Shown: positions 47,973 through 58,659, counted from the first letter of the stretch. The stretch: DNA of 64,000 bases from an uncultured candidate division Zixibacteria bacterium (GCA_963668625.2 CAXXKA010000008.1:416001-480000), one strand, 5' to 3'. Notes: generated from the sequence alone by a model not told the origin. Numbers and translations are program-made.

Positions 47973-48776
47973 ATGAGTAAGTACATAGATTTCCTGGTTG
48001 TTCCGCAGGGGCGCGAGCCGTCTCTTAATTTCCGGTTACCGTCATGGTTGGTGAAAACGATTTTGATAGCTGTAATCATGTGGTTAATAGGCTTAATAAC
48101 CGCCACGTTTTTTTACGGCAAACTTTCCGGCCGAGCTTTGACAGCCGATCTTCTGGAAAACGAAAACGAACGTTTGCGTGATTACAACGCCAAGGTCGTT
48201 GAGATCGAAAACAGTTTCAGGAAGAACCTGGCTCTGACTGCTCGTATAGCGGAGATGGCGGGCATCAAGCTGGAGGATATCAATCCTTCTTTTAACGTTA
48301 ACTATGATTCGATGATTACCGACAGCAGTGGCCGTATGGTTATAGCCGGTATCGCAGGAGATCCCGTTCCTCTTTCCATAGAGGAGTTGGAGAAACTCAC
48401 TACACCTAAAGGACGCCCTTTATACGGTTGGATAACTCGTGGGTACAATCCTGATGGTCATGGAGGTAAAGAAAAACACGAGGGGATCGATATAGCTGTT
48501 AAAGAGGGTACTCCGATAGTAGCTACAGCTACCGGGGAGGTTTCATTTTCCGGTTGGGATAAGATTTTCGGAAACCTTTTGATCATTAACCACAAGAATG
48601 GATTACAGACAGTGTACGGTCACAATCAGAAAAATATTGTTGGCAAGGGGCAAAAGGTATATAAGGGTGACGTGATTGCTTTGTCGGGTAACACCGGGAG
48701 ATCATCCGCGCCGCATTTGCATTACGAGATAATTAAGGATGGCGAACCGATTGACCCATCCCCGTATTTAGATTAA
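47973..48776 (+). CDS. M23 family metallopeptidase
   Basis: HEGIDIA, YGHN, SAPHLHYE; N-terminal TM and coiled coil. Confidence 0.92.
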   Translation: MSKYIDFLVVPQGREPSLNFRLPSWLVKTILIAVIMWLIGLITATFFYGKLSGRALTADLLENENERLRDYNAKVVEIENSFRKNLALTARIAEMAGIKLEDINPSFNVNYDSMITDSSGRMVIAGIAGDPVPLSIEELEKLTTPKGRPLYGWITRGYNPDGHGGKEKHEGIDIAVKEGTPIVATATGEVSFSGWDKIFGNLLIINHKNGLQTVYGHNQKNIVGKGQKVYKGDVIALSGNTGRSSAPHLHYEIIKDGEPIDPSPYLD

Positions 48777-48803
48777 CATTTGATGTAAAGAGGTTGTATT
48801 AGC

Positions 48804-49202
48804 ATGTCAGATAGAAACATGAAAAACGAGGGTAAGCTCGATACGATTATTGGTAGGGGAACACGAGTTGAAGGAACTATAAAAGTAGAAGGCGCTACTC
48901 GTATTGATGGTTATGTGTCGGGTAAATTGGAATCGAATGATATCGTTACGATAGGCCCGGGCGGCGAGGTTAAGGCCGAGGTTAAGGCTAAAACCATTAT
49001 AGTCGGGGGCAAGGTCGAGGGTAATCTCGAGGCAACGGAGAAGATTGAATTACAGTCGAAAGCCGAACTTCTGGGAGACCTGGTTTCAAAATCGCTGCTT
49101 ATCGAGCATGGCGCTATTTTTCACGGTCAATCTAATATGAAAGGAAAATCGCCAAACACGGTAGTAAAACCTCAGAATCCGCAGAAACCGTCCGATAAGT
49201 AA
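48804..49202 (+). CDS. Bactofilin (polymer-forming cytoskeletal protein)
   Basis: TIIG.GT.VEG.I...RIDG.V.G...V.IG..G.V.A...I.G.V.G beta-helix pattern. Confidence 0.92.
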   Translation: MSDRNMKNEGKLDTIIGRGTRVEGTIKVEGATRIDGYVSGKLESNDIVTIGPGGEVKAEVKAKTIIVGGKVEGNLEATEKIELQSKAELLGDLVSKSLLIEHGAIFHGQSNMKGKSPNTVVKPQNPQKPSDK

Positions 49203-49231
49203 TGTAAATTGTAAGGAAGGTCTTTTAGTTT

Positions 49232-49918
49232 ATGACAAGAGCCAGTCTCTTAGCGCTTATATTACTTCTGGCCGGTTTAATACTTCTATGGATATTTCTA
49301 ATTCGGCTTATCAGAAGACTAACTTATAAACCGGTGGAGGGTAAGCCAAATCAAGTGCCTCCCTCGGTGAGTTTTTGGTCTATATCGCTGGCTGTTGTCG
49401 TATTATCTCTTTCATGGATATTTTTCTGGATGGGGCAGCAGTTAAGCTCGTTTAAAAAATTCGATCCGCCGGGAATTATCGGCCATGTAGAAATAGTTAA
49501 TGAGCATGATCAAATTAAAACTCTTAACGTTAACTTTTTCTCTATGGTTGATGATTCCCTGGGAAAACCAACGAGTTTTTACTTAACCGGAGATCACTGG
49601 AAGCTTCAGGGGCAAGCAGTGAGACTTCCTTATTTACTAAAACCCGTGTTCAATGGCCAGCATTTCTTCAAGGTTACTGATTTTCGAGGCGAGTATATTG
49701 GGCATAAACCCCCTGGTTTCGATTCGCCGTTACTGGCACATCAAACCATAGAGGGCGGTATGGTGGATATGTTCGAGTATCTTGGCGTATTTCCGTATAT
49801 TCGTGATATTTTCATTGCGCAGGAGTTCGAAAATGAATTTCGTCTTCTAAAATATCGCGCTCAATATGATATTGTTCTTACAGACTCAAGCGAGATTTCC
49901 CTACTGGATTCTGAGTGA
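49232..49918 (+). CDS. Hypothetical membrane protein
   Basis: Two N-terminal TM segments; in operon after bactofilin. Confidence 0.65.
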   Translation: MTRASLLALILLLAGLILLWIFLIRLIRRLTYKPVEGKPNQVPPSVSFWSISLAVVVLSLSWIFFWMGQQLSSFKKFDPPGIIGHVEIVNEHDQIKTLNVNFFSMVDDSLGKPTSFYLTGDHWKLQGQAVRLPYLLKPVFNGQHFFKVTDFRGEYIGHKPPGFDSPLLAHQTIEGGMVDMFEYLGVFPYIRDIFIAQEFENEFRLLKYRAQYDIVLTDSSEISLLDSE

Positions 49919-50349
49919 CTGTAATGTTAAGAATATGCACCCGGCTGCATCCCGGTTTACCATATGAGTTAATGTAAAATAAGCTTAATAACAAAAAGTT
50001 ATCAGGATTATCTAATCTTAATCTATAAATAATAATGGTTTAGCCGGCTATTTGACAGATATGATGTATATATTGGTAACTCTGTTATGTTTTAATACAC
50101 TCCCCCCCTTACATATCCAACCATTATACAATAGTTTATGAAAACATAAATCATGTTATATATCATAACATATATTTAATGAACTTCTAATTTTTGCTGC
50201 AAGTTAAGTTATTGAAAAGCAACGGTAATAGAAGTATTCCATACGTAAAAAAACAGGCATACTTTTTGCCGAACATTTTATTGGGAGAGAATATGTATAT
50301 GATTCTACGTCAATTAAATCTAACTTAAACCCAAATCTAAGGAGTAGTA

Positions 50350-53300
50350 ATGAGCAAAGCTAATTGGTTGTGCTTTCTACTGGTGTTAGTATTCGCGCCG
50401 GTAGTCTGGTCAGGACAAGTCAGTCCCTTCCTGGATGATTATCTTCAGGAATTTTCGACCAGTGCTGATGTCGAAGTGCTTGTAATGTTCGAACAGCAGG
50501 CCGACATCCAGAGCTTGAACCAGCAATTGAAAGATGAGAAAGCGACCCTGGCTGAACGTAACCGTCGTGTTATCGAGGCTCTACAGGAAGTCGCCACAAA
50601 CACACAGCCGTCAATGGTTGCCTATTTCGATCAGCTTCAATCCCAGGGTTATGTAAGCGAATACAAAACCATGTGGATTGCCAATATGGCTATCGTTAAA
50701 ACAACCAAGGCCGGTGTTTATGCAATGGCAGATAACAATGCTATCGGTGATATCGCCCTTAGCTATAAAGTCAGAGGTATTCAGCCGACTAAAATTTCGG
50801 AAGATGATGAATCTCTGATTGCCTCGGTTGAGGCTGGCCTTGAGGCTATCAATGCTCCGGCCGCCTGGGCTGCCGGTTTCACCGGCGCCGGCCGTGTAGT
50901 AGCGAATATGGATACCGGCGTTGACGGTAACCATCCGGCATTAGCCGATCGTTTCCGTGGTGATGTCGATGGCGATGATGATGTCGATGAGAGCTTCTTC
51001 GATCCTTATACAACCGGATGGACTTTTCCTCAGGATTCAGACTCGCATGGTACCCATACCATGGGTACGATTTGTGGCCGTTCCGAAGCCGGTGACACTG
51101 TTGGTGTCGCTATTGAGGCTCAGTGGATTGCCGCGGCTGCTATTGATCGTGGTGGCGGTATCGAGGGTACAGTCGCTGATGCTATCGAGTCGTTCCAGTG
51201 GTTTGTCGATCCCGATGACAATTCCGAAACCCAAGACAACCCGGATGCCGTCGGTAACTCCTGGGGTATCTCCCCGATTTATCATGGCGTTCCTCCATGT
51301 GATGATACTTTCTGGTCGGTAATCGATAATCTGGAAGCCGCCGGTACCGCCGTTATTTTCTCGGCCGGTAACGAGGGTCCGGATGTCGGTTCCTTGAGGA
51401 CTCCGTCCGATCGTGCTACAACCCGCTATAATGTATTTTCAGTAGGCGCTGTTGACGGCGGCAATGCGAATTACCCGGTTGCCAGTTTTTCATCCCGCGG
51501 CCCGTCTTATTGCACCCCGGATGGCGAACCGACTTTCAAGCCTGAAGTTGTCGCCCCCGGTGTTGATGTCAGAAGTTCGGTTCCCGGTGGTGGTTACTCC
51601 ACTATGAGCGGCACCTCGATGGCCTCGCCGCACGTTACCGGTTGTGTCGGTGTAATCCGCGGCGTCAATCCCGATCTCGATGTTGATTCTATCAAAGAGA
51701 TCCTGATGGCCACGGCTCATGACCTCGGCGCTGAAGGTCCTGATAACGATTACGGTGTTGGTATTATCGACATCTATGAAGCCTGCCTGATCGCTATGGA
51801 TGGCTACGGCTATATAGAAGGTTATGTATATGACGATGACACCGAAGATGGTATTGCTAATGCTTTAGTTTCTATTGATGGTACCACCAGAACTGCCATT
51901 GCCGACGACAATGGTTTCTACAGCATCGGTCTTCCCGCTGACACATCGTATTCGATGACTGCCAGTTATTTCGGTTATGTTTCCAGCAATGTCAGTGATG
52001 TCGCTGTTGTTGCCGATGAGACCACGGATCAGGATTTCTATCTTGAGCCCGCCGATGCCGGTTATCTTCATGGTTACGTAACCGACCTGGATGAGAATCC
52101 GATTGAGAGCGCGACTTTAACTATAGTCGATACTCCAATTGGTTCTGCAACCACCGATGAAAACGGCTACTATTTATTTGATGAAATTCCCGGTGGCGCC
52201 ACTTACACTGTTGAAGTTGCTGCTGTTGGATATGGTTTTGCATCTGGTATGGTTGATGTTCCGGTTGGCGATACCGCTACTTTAAGCTTCTCACTCCAGG
52301 GGATGGAGTCATTCGAAGGTTCGAATGGCGGTTATGACGGTGAAGGTACCTGGGAGTGGGGTGTGCCTAGTTCAGGTCCCGGCGAAGCCTATGATGGTAA
52401 TAATGTATGGGCTACTATTCTCGACGGTAACTATGTTGATGATCTCGATGACGGCCTGATCACACCGCAGTATGAGATTACCGACGCGAACGCCATGCTC
52501 TCGTTCTACCACTGGTACGTAATCGAGGAAGATTATGACGGTGGACAACTTCAGGTTTCTATCGATGGTGGTTTAAATTGGGATTTACTTACCCCAGAGG
52601 GTGGCTATCCGGTAGCCGAGGTCGTTGGGCTCGATGATGGTCCGGGATTCTCCGGCGAACCAGCTACCTGGGAATTAGTTGTCGTGGATCTCTCGGCTTA
52701 TGAGGGTGAAACAATCTCCATTAAATTCCGTTTCGGTACCGATGGTTCGCAACAACGCGCCGGCTGGTATATTGACGGCGTAGTACTTAACGGTGGTATC
52801 ATGAGAGCACCGGAGGCATCTTTGTCTTGTCCTTCGATGAATATTGATGTCATGCAGGGCGACTCGCATGACGTGCAGATGACTCTTTCCAACAACGGTG
52901 ATGCTCAGCTTAATTATAATGTTGTTGTGCTTACCGATCTGGCATTGAGTGCTACCGATGATACCGAAAGAAGCTACACCGGCCAGGTATTCGAGTCCAA
53001 AGAAGGCCATATCATGGACGAGAACGGTTCGATCAAGGTAACGGGCGAATCACCGTTCAACTACGATGATGTAATTACCAGTATTGGTGGCCCGGATGCA
53101 TTCGGCTACACTTACATAGACTCCGATGAGGAGAATGGCCCGCATTACGAGTGGAAAGATATCACCGGAATCGGTTCGGCGATCACTTTCAACGGTGGAA
53201 CAAATCCGAACGATGACGGTTACTCCAATTCTATCTCGATGGGCATGAATTTCGAGTTTTACGGTGTTCCTGTCACCGATATTCAGGTCAGCACCAACGG

Positions 53301-54195
53301 TTGGGTTTCTTTTAATAATTACTCGACCTCTTATCTCACCAACACCGGCATCCCCGGTACCAGTGATCCCAACAACATTATTGCCGTATTGTGGGATGAT
53401 CTCAATGGTTATGAAGGCACCTGCTACTACTACTACGATGAGACAGAGAATCAATTCATCGTCTCCTGGACCGATTGGGGTTTCTATATTTACGGTGGTG
53501 ATTCTCGTCGGTATGACATGCAGGTTATTCTTGATGGCGATGATAACTCGATTCTTTTACAATATGGTGATATCTCCGAGGGAGAATACGATAGTGATAT
53601 TTCCGTCGGTGTAGAAAACGCTGATGGTGATGTCGGGCTTGAGTACGCCTATGACAACTTTACCGGCTCAGGCGGTCTGGCTATCAAGTTCAGCTATCCT
53701 CTGTTCTGGCTGACCGTGGACCCGACTGTCGGCTATGTCGCGCCGGAAGGTTCGCAGGTATTCGATGTCAACTTCAATTCGGCTGAACTCGAACAGGGTA
53801 CCTATTACGGTGAGATTCGTATTAACACCAACGATCCCAACAACGGCATGTTCAGCGTACCATGTACTTTGAACGTAGGCCCGGTCGGTATCGATGATTA
53901 TTCATCGGCTGTTCCGAATGCGTTCACGCTGAATCAGAACTATCCCAACCCGTTCAACCCGACTACCGAGATCTCGTTCGGCTTGCCGACCGCCGGTCAC
54001 GTTAGTCTTGAGGTTTATGATGTCATGGGTCGCAAAGTCAGTATCGTCGTTGACGAGGAGATGGCTGCCGGTACCCATAGCATAATCTGGGATGGTAATA
54101 ACTTATCAGGTGAGAAGGTTACCTCGGGCGTTTATTTCTACAAACTCTCGCAGGGTGATAACACTACCACCAAAAAGATGATAATGTTGAAATAG
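50350..54195 (+). CDS. Secreted S8 serine peptidase (bacillopeptidase F-like) with Ig-like/carboxypeptidase-regulatory domains and T9SS/FlgD CTD
   Basis: DTGVD, HGTHTMGT, GTSMASPH triad; GWYID beta-sandwich; NQNYPNPFNP...SGVYFYKL. Confidence 0.93.
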   Translation: MSKANWLCFLLVLVFAPVVWSGQVSPFLDDYLQEFSTSADVEVLVMFEQQADIQSLNQQLKDEKATLAERNRRVIEALQEVATNTQPSMVAYFDQLQSQGYVSEYKTMWIANMAIVKTTKAGVYAMADNNAIGDIALSYKVRGIQPTKISEDDESLIASVEAGLEAINAPAAWAAGFTGAGRVVANMDTGVDGNHPALADRFRGDVDGDDDVDESFFDPYTTGWTFPQDSDSHGTHTMGTICGRSEAGDTVGVAIEAQWIAAAAIDRGGGIEGTVADAIESFQWFVDPDDNSETQDNPDAVGNSWGISPIYHGVPPCDDTFWSVIDNLEAAGTAVIFSAGNEGPDVGSLRTPSDRATTRYNVFSVGAVDGGNANYPVASFSSRGPSYCTPDGEPTFKPEVVAPGVDVRSSVPGGGYSTMSGTSMASPHVTGCVGVIRGVNPDLDVDSIKEILMATAHDLGAEGPDNDYGVGIIDIYEACLIAMDGYGYIEGYVYDDDTEDGIANALVSIDGTTRTAIADDNGFYSIGLPADTSYSMTASYFGYVSSNVSDVAVVADETTDQDFYLEPADAGYLHGYVTDLDENPIESATLTIVDTPIGSATTDENGYYLFDEIPGGATYTVEVAAVGYGFASGMVDVPVGDTATLSFSLQGMESFEGSNGGYDGEGTWEWGVPSSGPGEAYDGNNVWATILDGNYVDDLDDGLITPQYEITDANAMLSFYHWYVIEEDYDGGQLQVSIDGGLNWDLLTPEGGYPVAEVVGLDDGPGFSGEPATWELVVVDLSAYEGETISIKFRFGTDGSQQRAGWYIDGVVLNGGIMRAPEASLSCPSMNIDVMQGDSHDVQMTLSNNGDAQLNYNVVVLTDLALSATDDTERSYTGQVFESKEGHIMDENGSIKVTGESPFNYDDVITSIGGPDAFGYTYIDSDEENGPHYEWKDITGIGSAITFNGGTNPNDDGYSNSISMGMNFEFYGVPVTDIQVSTNGWVSFNNYSTSYLTNTGIPGTSDPNNIIAVLWDDLNGYEGTCYYYYDETENQFIVSWTDWGFYIYGGDSRRYDMQVILDGDDNSILLQYGDISEGEYDSDISVGVENADGDVGLEYAYDNFTGSGGLAIKFSYPLFWLTVDPTVGYVAPEGSQVFDVNFNSAELEQGTYYGEIRINTNDPNNGMFSVPCTLNVGPVGIDDYSSAVPNAFTLNQNYPNPFNPTTEISFGLPTAGHVSLEVYDVMGRKVSIVVDEEMAAGTHSIIWDGNNLSGEKVTSGVYFYKLSQGDNTTTKKMIMLK

Positions 54196-54223
54196 CTTAA
54201 CAACCAGCTAAATACATTAATAT

Positions 54224-54250
54224 GGGCGGTCGTTATGGCCGCCCTTTTTT
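54224..54250 (+). terminator. Rho-independent terminator
   Basis: GGGCGGTC-GTTAT-GGCCGCCC followed by a T-run. Confidence 0.75.
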
Positions 54251-54298
54251 ATTGTATTTTAATCCGAATATCAGTAAATATAATAAGTTTGGGGATAT

Positions 54299-55231
54299 AT
54301 GATTTTTGTAATTGATTTCGCGATAATAGCGGTTTGCGGTGTTGCCTTATGGTGGAGCGCCAATCTTATAGTCACTGGGGCAACTCATATCGCCCGACGA
54401 TTGGGGATCTCTGATCTGGTTGTTGGCCTGACCGTTGTTGCTTTCGGAACCTCAGCCCCGGAATTCGGAGTAACTATTGTCGCTGCTCTATCGGGGCATG
54501 GTAATTTATCGATTAGTAACGTGACCGGCTCCAATATCATTAATCTCGGTTTTGTGCTCGGATTAGTTGCTTTAATCAAAGCCATTAAAATATCACGCTC
54601 ATCTGTCAGGCGCGATGGCGTAATGCTAATTATAATTACGGCGCTTCTATATATTTTTCTGCTCGATTACAACCTTGACCATTGGGAGGGTATAGTATTT
54701 TTAGGAACGCTTATTATATATAACATCTACCTGATAAGAAATGGTAAGGTAAAGGTTGAAGAGATTGATCGGCAGACGTTCAAGCCATCGGATGTTTTCA
54801 AGCTCGTGCTGGGCATCGCCCTTATCGCTACTAGCTCTCATTTCCTGGTTAACTCGGCAGTGAAAATCGCCGGAGAACTGGGTGTTTCCGAATGGACTAT
54901 CGGGCAGACCATTATCGCGTTCGGCACCTCGATTCCGGAGCTGGCGACCTCGCTGGCGGCTGTCGTCAAAGGCCGTCACGGGATGTCGGTAGGTAATCTT
55001 ATCGGCTCTAATTTGTTCAATATACTGGGCGTGCTGGGGCTATCCTCGATAATACGAACGATGACTGTGGATAGCTCGGCTATTTTGAACCTGTATATCC
55101 TTATAGCTTTCACGATCATAGTCGTAATCATCATGCGTACCGGTAGAAAGATCAGCCGTGTCGAGGGAGGTATGTTGATAGCAATAAATTTGGCTATATG
55201 GGTACTCTCATTCATGGGGATTATCGGATAA
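54299..55231 (+). CDS. Ca2+/Na+ antiporter (YrbG-like, CaCA family)
   Basis: Two alpha repeats GTSAPE...GSNI.N and GTSIPE...GSNLFN. Confidence 0.93.
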   Translation: MIFVIDFAIIAVCGVALWWSANLIVTGATHIARRLGISDLVVGLTVVAFGTSAPEFGVTIVAALSGHGNLSISNVTGSNIINLGFVLGLVALIKAIKISRSSVRRDGVMLIIITALLYIFLLDYNLDHWEGIVFLGTLIIYNIYLIRNGKVKVEEIDRQTFKPSDVFKLVLGIALIATSSHFLVNSAVKIAGELGVSEWTIGQTIIAFGTSIPELATSLAAVVKGRHGMSVGNLIGSNLFNILGVLGLSSIIRTMTVDSSAILNLYILIAFTIIVVIIMRTGRKISRVEGGMLIAINLAIWVLSFMGIIG

Positions 55232-55290
55232 TTTTTCTTGATCTAACAGGTAATCTAAACTCTTTGGCAGGGCAGCGATATAGTTTGTTA

Positions 55291-55543
55291 CACTAGTATC
55301 CGGTGTTTTTCGATAAATTTTAAATTTCTCCCTGGAATTGTTGGTTAAAGATATTTTCCGATATAATTAAACATTCATCGTATCATACATCCTGATATGT
55401 CTTGTCGATGTTAGCTTAGTTTCCTGGTTTCCAAGCGCTGCCTGGAAACCTTGTTGAGTCATGTAGAATAGGCATTCTGCCAGCAGACAAGCCACGTTGC
55501 GAAGCAGCGCTTCGCAACGAGATGGAAAGGCCGGACAGTAGTG
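55291..55543 (-). mobile_element. MITE family A copy 3 (inverted, 253 bp)
   Basis: CACTAGTATCCGG...CCGGACAGTAGTG; perfect 9-bp TSD AGTTTGTTA. Confidence 0.93.
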
Positions 55544-55932
55544 AGTTTGTTAAAAATACTATATTTTTAACGCATGTCCCGCGATAATATCAATTTTGGT
55601 TTTATGTCGTTATACCGGTTCTAAGATTTTACTAAATCAAAAAGCCTATAATAACGCTCAATATCATCATAATGATTTCAAGCATTATTTTGGAGGATAC
55701 ACCCAGTACCAGCATAAGGGATAAAGCTATAACTACTATTACAGTAGCGATTATAACTGTCAGGGGATTACTCAATTTACCTCGCCCTTTTTATTGAGTG
55801 TTTGACTTATCTACAATCCATTAACTATACAACCTGATGAGGAAATTATTCTGTTTTAAAAGAGAATATATATGAGTTTCGTCTGTATATAGCCTGACAG
55901 TTAACAATTTTAAAATCGCTACGGGAGGATAT

Positions 55933-56499
55933 ATGAAATTGATTGGAATTTTCATCATATTAGTATTTACGATCTTTTCCGGTATTTTTATTCAGGCACA
56001 GGATATTGGAAATTATTTCACGCCGTATGGATTTCAATACCCGAACCTGACTGCGGGGCAGTATGCGCTAACACTTCGAGGTGATTATTCCGATTTTAAA
56101 TATAATCGCAAATCCGGAACCAACTCGCTTATTGATAGGCATTTTGAGGTTAATTCCTATGCCACATTCAGTGGTTTACTTGCCCTAACAGACCAGTTCA
56201 TGATTAGCGCCGACGTTGAGTACCATCCCCGGCGATTTGCCTCGGATCAGTTGACCTCGGTCTCGGTACTGGCCTCACCTCGCTTGCGGGAATTACAGTA
56301 TTCCTCTTTCAGGCCATCATTTGGATTAGTATACAAGCCGTCTTCTAATCTCGAGATATTCGGCAATTTCGGTTATAGCTATAATGAGTACGATTTCCGG
56401 GATTATAATGATTATTACGATGAGGAATATGATGTGATACCATACTGGCAGAGGAGGTATAGCGGTGCTATAGGGATTACGTATTTGGGGAAACTATAG
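55933..56499 (+). CDS. Hypothetical secreted, probable beta-barrel protein
   Basis: GGGAGG RBS, signal peptide, alternating aromatic strands. Confidence 0.6.
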   Translation: MKLIGIFIILVFTIFSGIFIQAQDIGNYFTPYGFQYPNLTAGQYALTLRGDYSDFKYNRKSGTNSLIDRHFEVNSYATFSGLLALTDQFMISADVEYHPRRFASDQLTSVSVLASPRLRELQYSSFRPSFGLVYKPSSNLEIFGNFGYSYNEYDFRDYNDYYDEEYDVIPYWQRRYSGAIGITYLGKL

Positions 56500-56508
56500 G
56501 AATGGAAT

Positions 56509-56775
56509 CACTAATGTCCTGTGTAAATTTGCTATCTTAATCATTGTATGTAGCAAAATTTCTCATATTGATTTTTAGATCGAATTAGAAGTTAATATCT
56601 GGATATAGTTCCGCTTCCATCCTTCTAAATCCCGCTTATGTAAGTCTTATTTCCCCTGTTTTCCAAACGCTAACTCGAAAACTCCTCGAGTCATGTAGAA
56701 TACGTATTCTACCGGCAGGCAAACCACATTGCGAAGCAGCGCTTAGTAATGAGAAGGAAAGACCGAACAGTATTA
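56509..56775 (-). mobile_element. Degenerate MITE A variant
   Basis: CACTAATGTCCTG...GAGTCATGTAGAATACG..GCGAAGCAGCGC...CCGAACAGTATTA; flanks GAATGGAAT/GAATAGAAT (8/9 TSD). Confidence 0.75.
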
Positions 56776-56806
56776 GAATAGAATATTAAAGCAATACTAT
56801 CGGGGT

Positions 56807-58198
56807 TTACAATTTCAAACTACCGATAAACTCATCTACCTCCGGGATACCGCCCTGCAAGACAAGGTAGCCATCATAGGGCTCGCGTGGGGTTATCTCA
56901 TCGGCGATAGGAGTGAGCATGATATTTTTCACCTCGTCGGGGTCGGTGGTTTGGCCGAGCGCCCAGCCGAGCTTGACATAAGCCACCTCTGGCAGCATGT
57001 TGGCGGCCGGTACCACACCCAGATGCATCAGGTCACGACCGGTGTCGTACACGTACATATCGACATAGCCCCAGAGAGTCTGCACGGTCATGTATACCGC
57101 GACTCCCTTATCGATAGCTTTTTTCAGAGGCTTATACAGCGGTTTGTTAACATGACCCAGTCCGGTTCCGGCGATCACTATCCCCTTATAGCCGTTGTCA
57201 ATCAGGGCCTCGATAATATCTGGCTGCATATTGGGGTAGTAATAAACGATCGCTATTTTGTCCTCGAATACCGGATTGATTTTAACGTTACGATCATCCC
57301 GACGCTTTTTGTAAGCGGTTTTAATATGGGAGATACCGCCCACCTCGACACGCGCGATCGGGACATCGCTTAAAGTACGAAACGTGGAACGATAGCTGGA
57401 ATGCATCTTACGAACCCGGGTACCCGAATGAAGCAGGTTGTATTGATCGGAGGTTGGCCCGAACATACACACCATCACCTGGGCAATATCGCCATGCGCG
57501 GCTGTCCAGGCAGCCGCCATCAGGTTACGAGCGGCATCCGAGGAGGGACGATCCGAGGAACGCTGCGATCCGACCATGACAATTGGAATCGGAGAGTCTT
57601 GCACCATGAAAGTTAATGCAGCTGCAGTGTGATGCATAGTATCGGTGCCATGACCGACGATTATACCATCAACGCCATTCTCAATCTCGCGGCCAATTGC
57701 CTCGGCTACGAGTTTCCACTGCTCCGGCCCCATATTTTCAGAAAATATACCGCAGATCTTCTCCGTGCGCATATTGCAGATATCGGCTAATTCAGGCACT
57801 GCGCCGTACAATTCGCCCGGTGTGAAAGCCGGAATAACCGCCCCGGTACGATAATCGAGGCGTGAGGCTATGGTTCCGCCGGTGCCAAGCAGGGTAACAT
57901 TGGGCTTTTTCTCATCGAACGGAAACTCTTTTTCGGGTATTTTGTACACGGCCTCTTTAAATGCCGTTTCCTTAGCCTCAAGGATGGAGGTGGTGGCCAA
58001 ACCGATATTGTAACCGTTTCGGAGTTTTAGTACGATATGTTTATCACCAGAGGTTTCCGAGCGTGGAAGAATCACGCCGACGAATTTGCCCTTATTGCTT
58101 TTAATTACAACATCCGACCATACCCGAACGCCCAGCTCCTTTAATTTGGCCAGGGCTTCGCCTTTATATCCTTTGTAAACAACGCTATCATCAGCCAC
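56807..58198 (-). CDS. gatD: Glu-tRNA(Gln) amidotransferase subunit D (archaeal-type GatD)
   Basis: N-terminal domain IVLKLRNGYNIG; TGGTIASRLDYRTGAV, HGTDTM, GSQRSSDRPSSDA, VRKMHSSYRSTF, MLPEVAYVKLGW. Confidence 0.9.
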   Translation of the reverse strand: MADDSVVYKGYKGEALAKLKELGVRVWSDVVIKSNKGKFVGVILPRSETSGDKHIVLKLRNGYNIGLATTSILEAKETAFKEAVYKIPEKEFPFDEKKPNVTLLGTGGTIASRLDYRTGAVIPAFTPGELYGAVPELADICNMRTEKICGIFSENMGPEQWKLVAEAIGREIENGVDGIIVGHGTDTMHHTAAALTFMVQDSPIPIVMVGSQRSSDRPSSDAARNLMAAAWTAAHGDIAQVMVCMFGPTSDQYNLLHSGTRVRKMHSSYRSTFRTLSDVPIARVEVGGISHIKTAYKKRRDDRNVKINPVFEDKIAIVYYYPNMQPDIIEALIDNGYKGIVIAGTGLGHVNKPLYKPLKKAIDKGVAVYMTVQTLWGYVDMYVYDTGRDLMHLGVVPAANMLPEVAYVKLGWALGQTTDPDEVKNIMLTPIADEITPREPYDGYLVLQGGIPEVDEFIGSLKL

Positions 58199-58299
58199 GG
58201 TATTTTCCTTTTCTCTTTATTGCTATTGCGAGGCCTCCTGATTGTGAGGCCGCGTCAATCTCCTTAAGTTGAAAGCTTCAATCGGCGGTTACGAAACGG

Positions 58300-58445
58300 C
58301 GGCTTGCTGAAAAAGCCTTTTTCACCCGTCGCTTGGCTGATGAAGTCCTTTGCTCATCCTTTCCCGGCGACATCCGCATGAAATCAGGTATCAGGAAATG
58401 ATTCATGACATCGCAACTATCCAATTTGGCTTTTTCAATAATCCC
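58300..58445. mobile_element. Repeat family B element (~146 bp) inserted in a REP hairpin
   Basis: IRs CGGCTTGCTGAAAAAG / CTTTTTCAATAATCCC; flanks rejoin into GTTACGAAACGGCGTTTCGCAACGAG. Confidence 0.7.
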
Positions 58446-58659
58446 GGCGTTTCGCAACGAGATTGTTATTGCGCGCAGACCGTTAATCTACCGCGCGATT
58501 AAACGCGTGTAATGTAATGTTTGGAGGTGGGTTTGGCAAGTTGGAAATATCTGTTAATAACAGGTATAAACATATGTGATTTTCGTCGTGTATCATGACA
58601 TTCGTTACATCTTATATTACCCTGGAATGAGAAATATTAAATTTCGCCGTCAGTTAACT

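Noticed and set aside
46366-49202. parAB-M23-bactofilin linkage as a novel system
   Set aside because: M23-bactofilin pairs and their proximity to parAB are already known in several phyla
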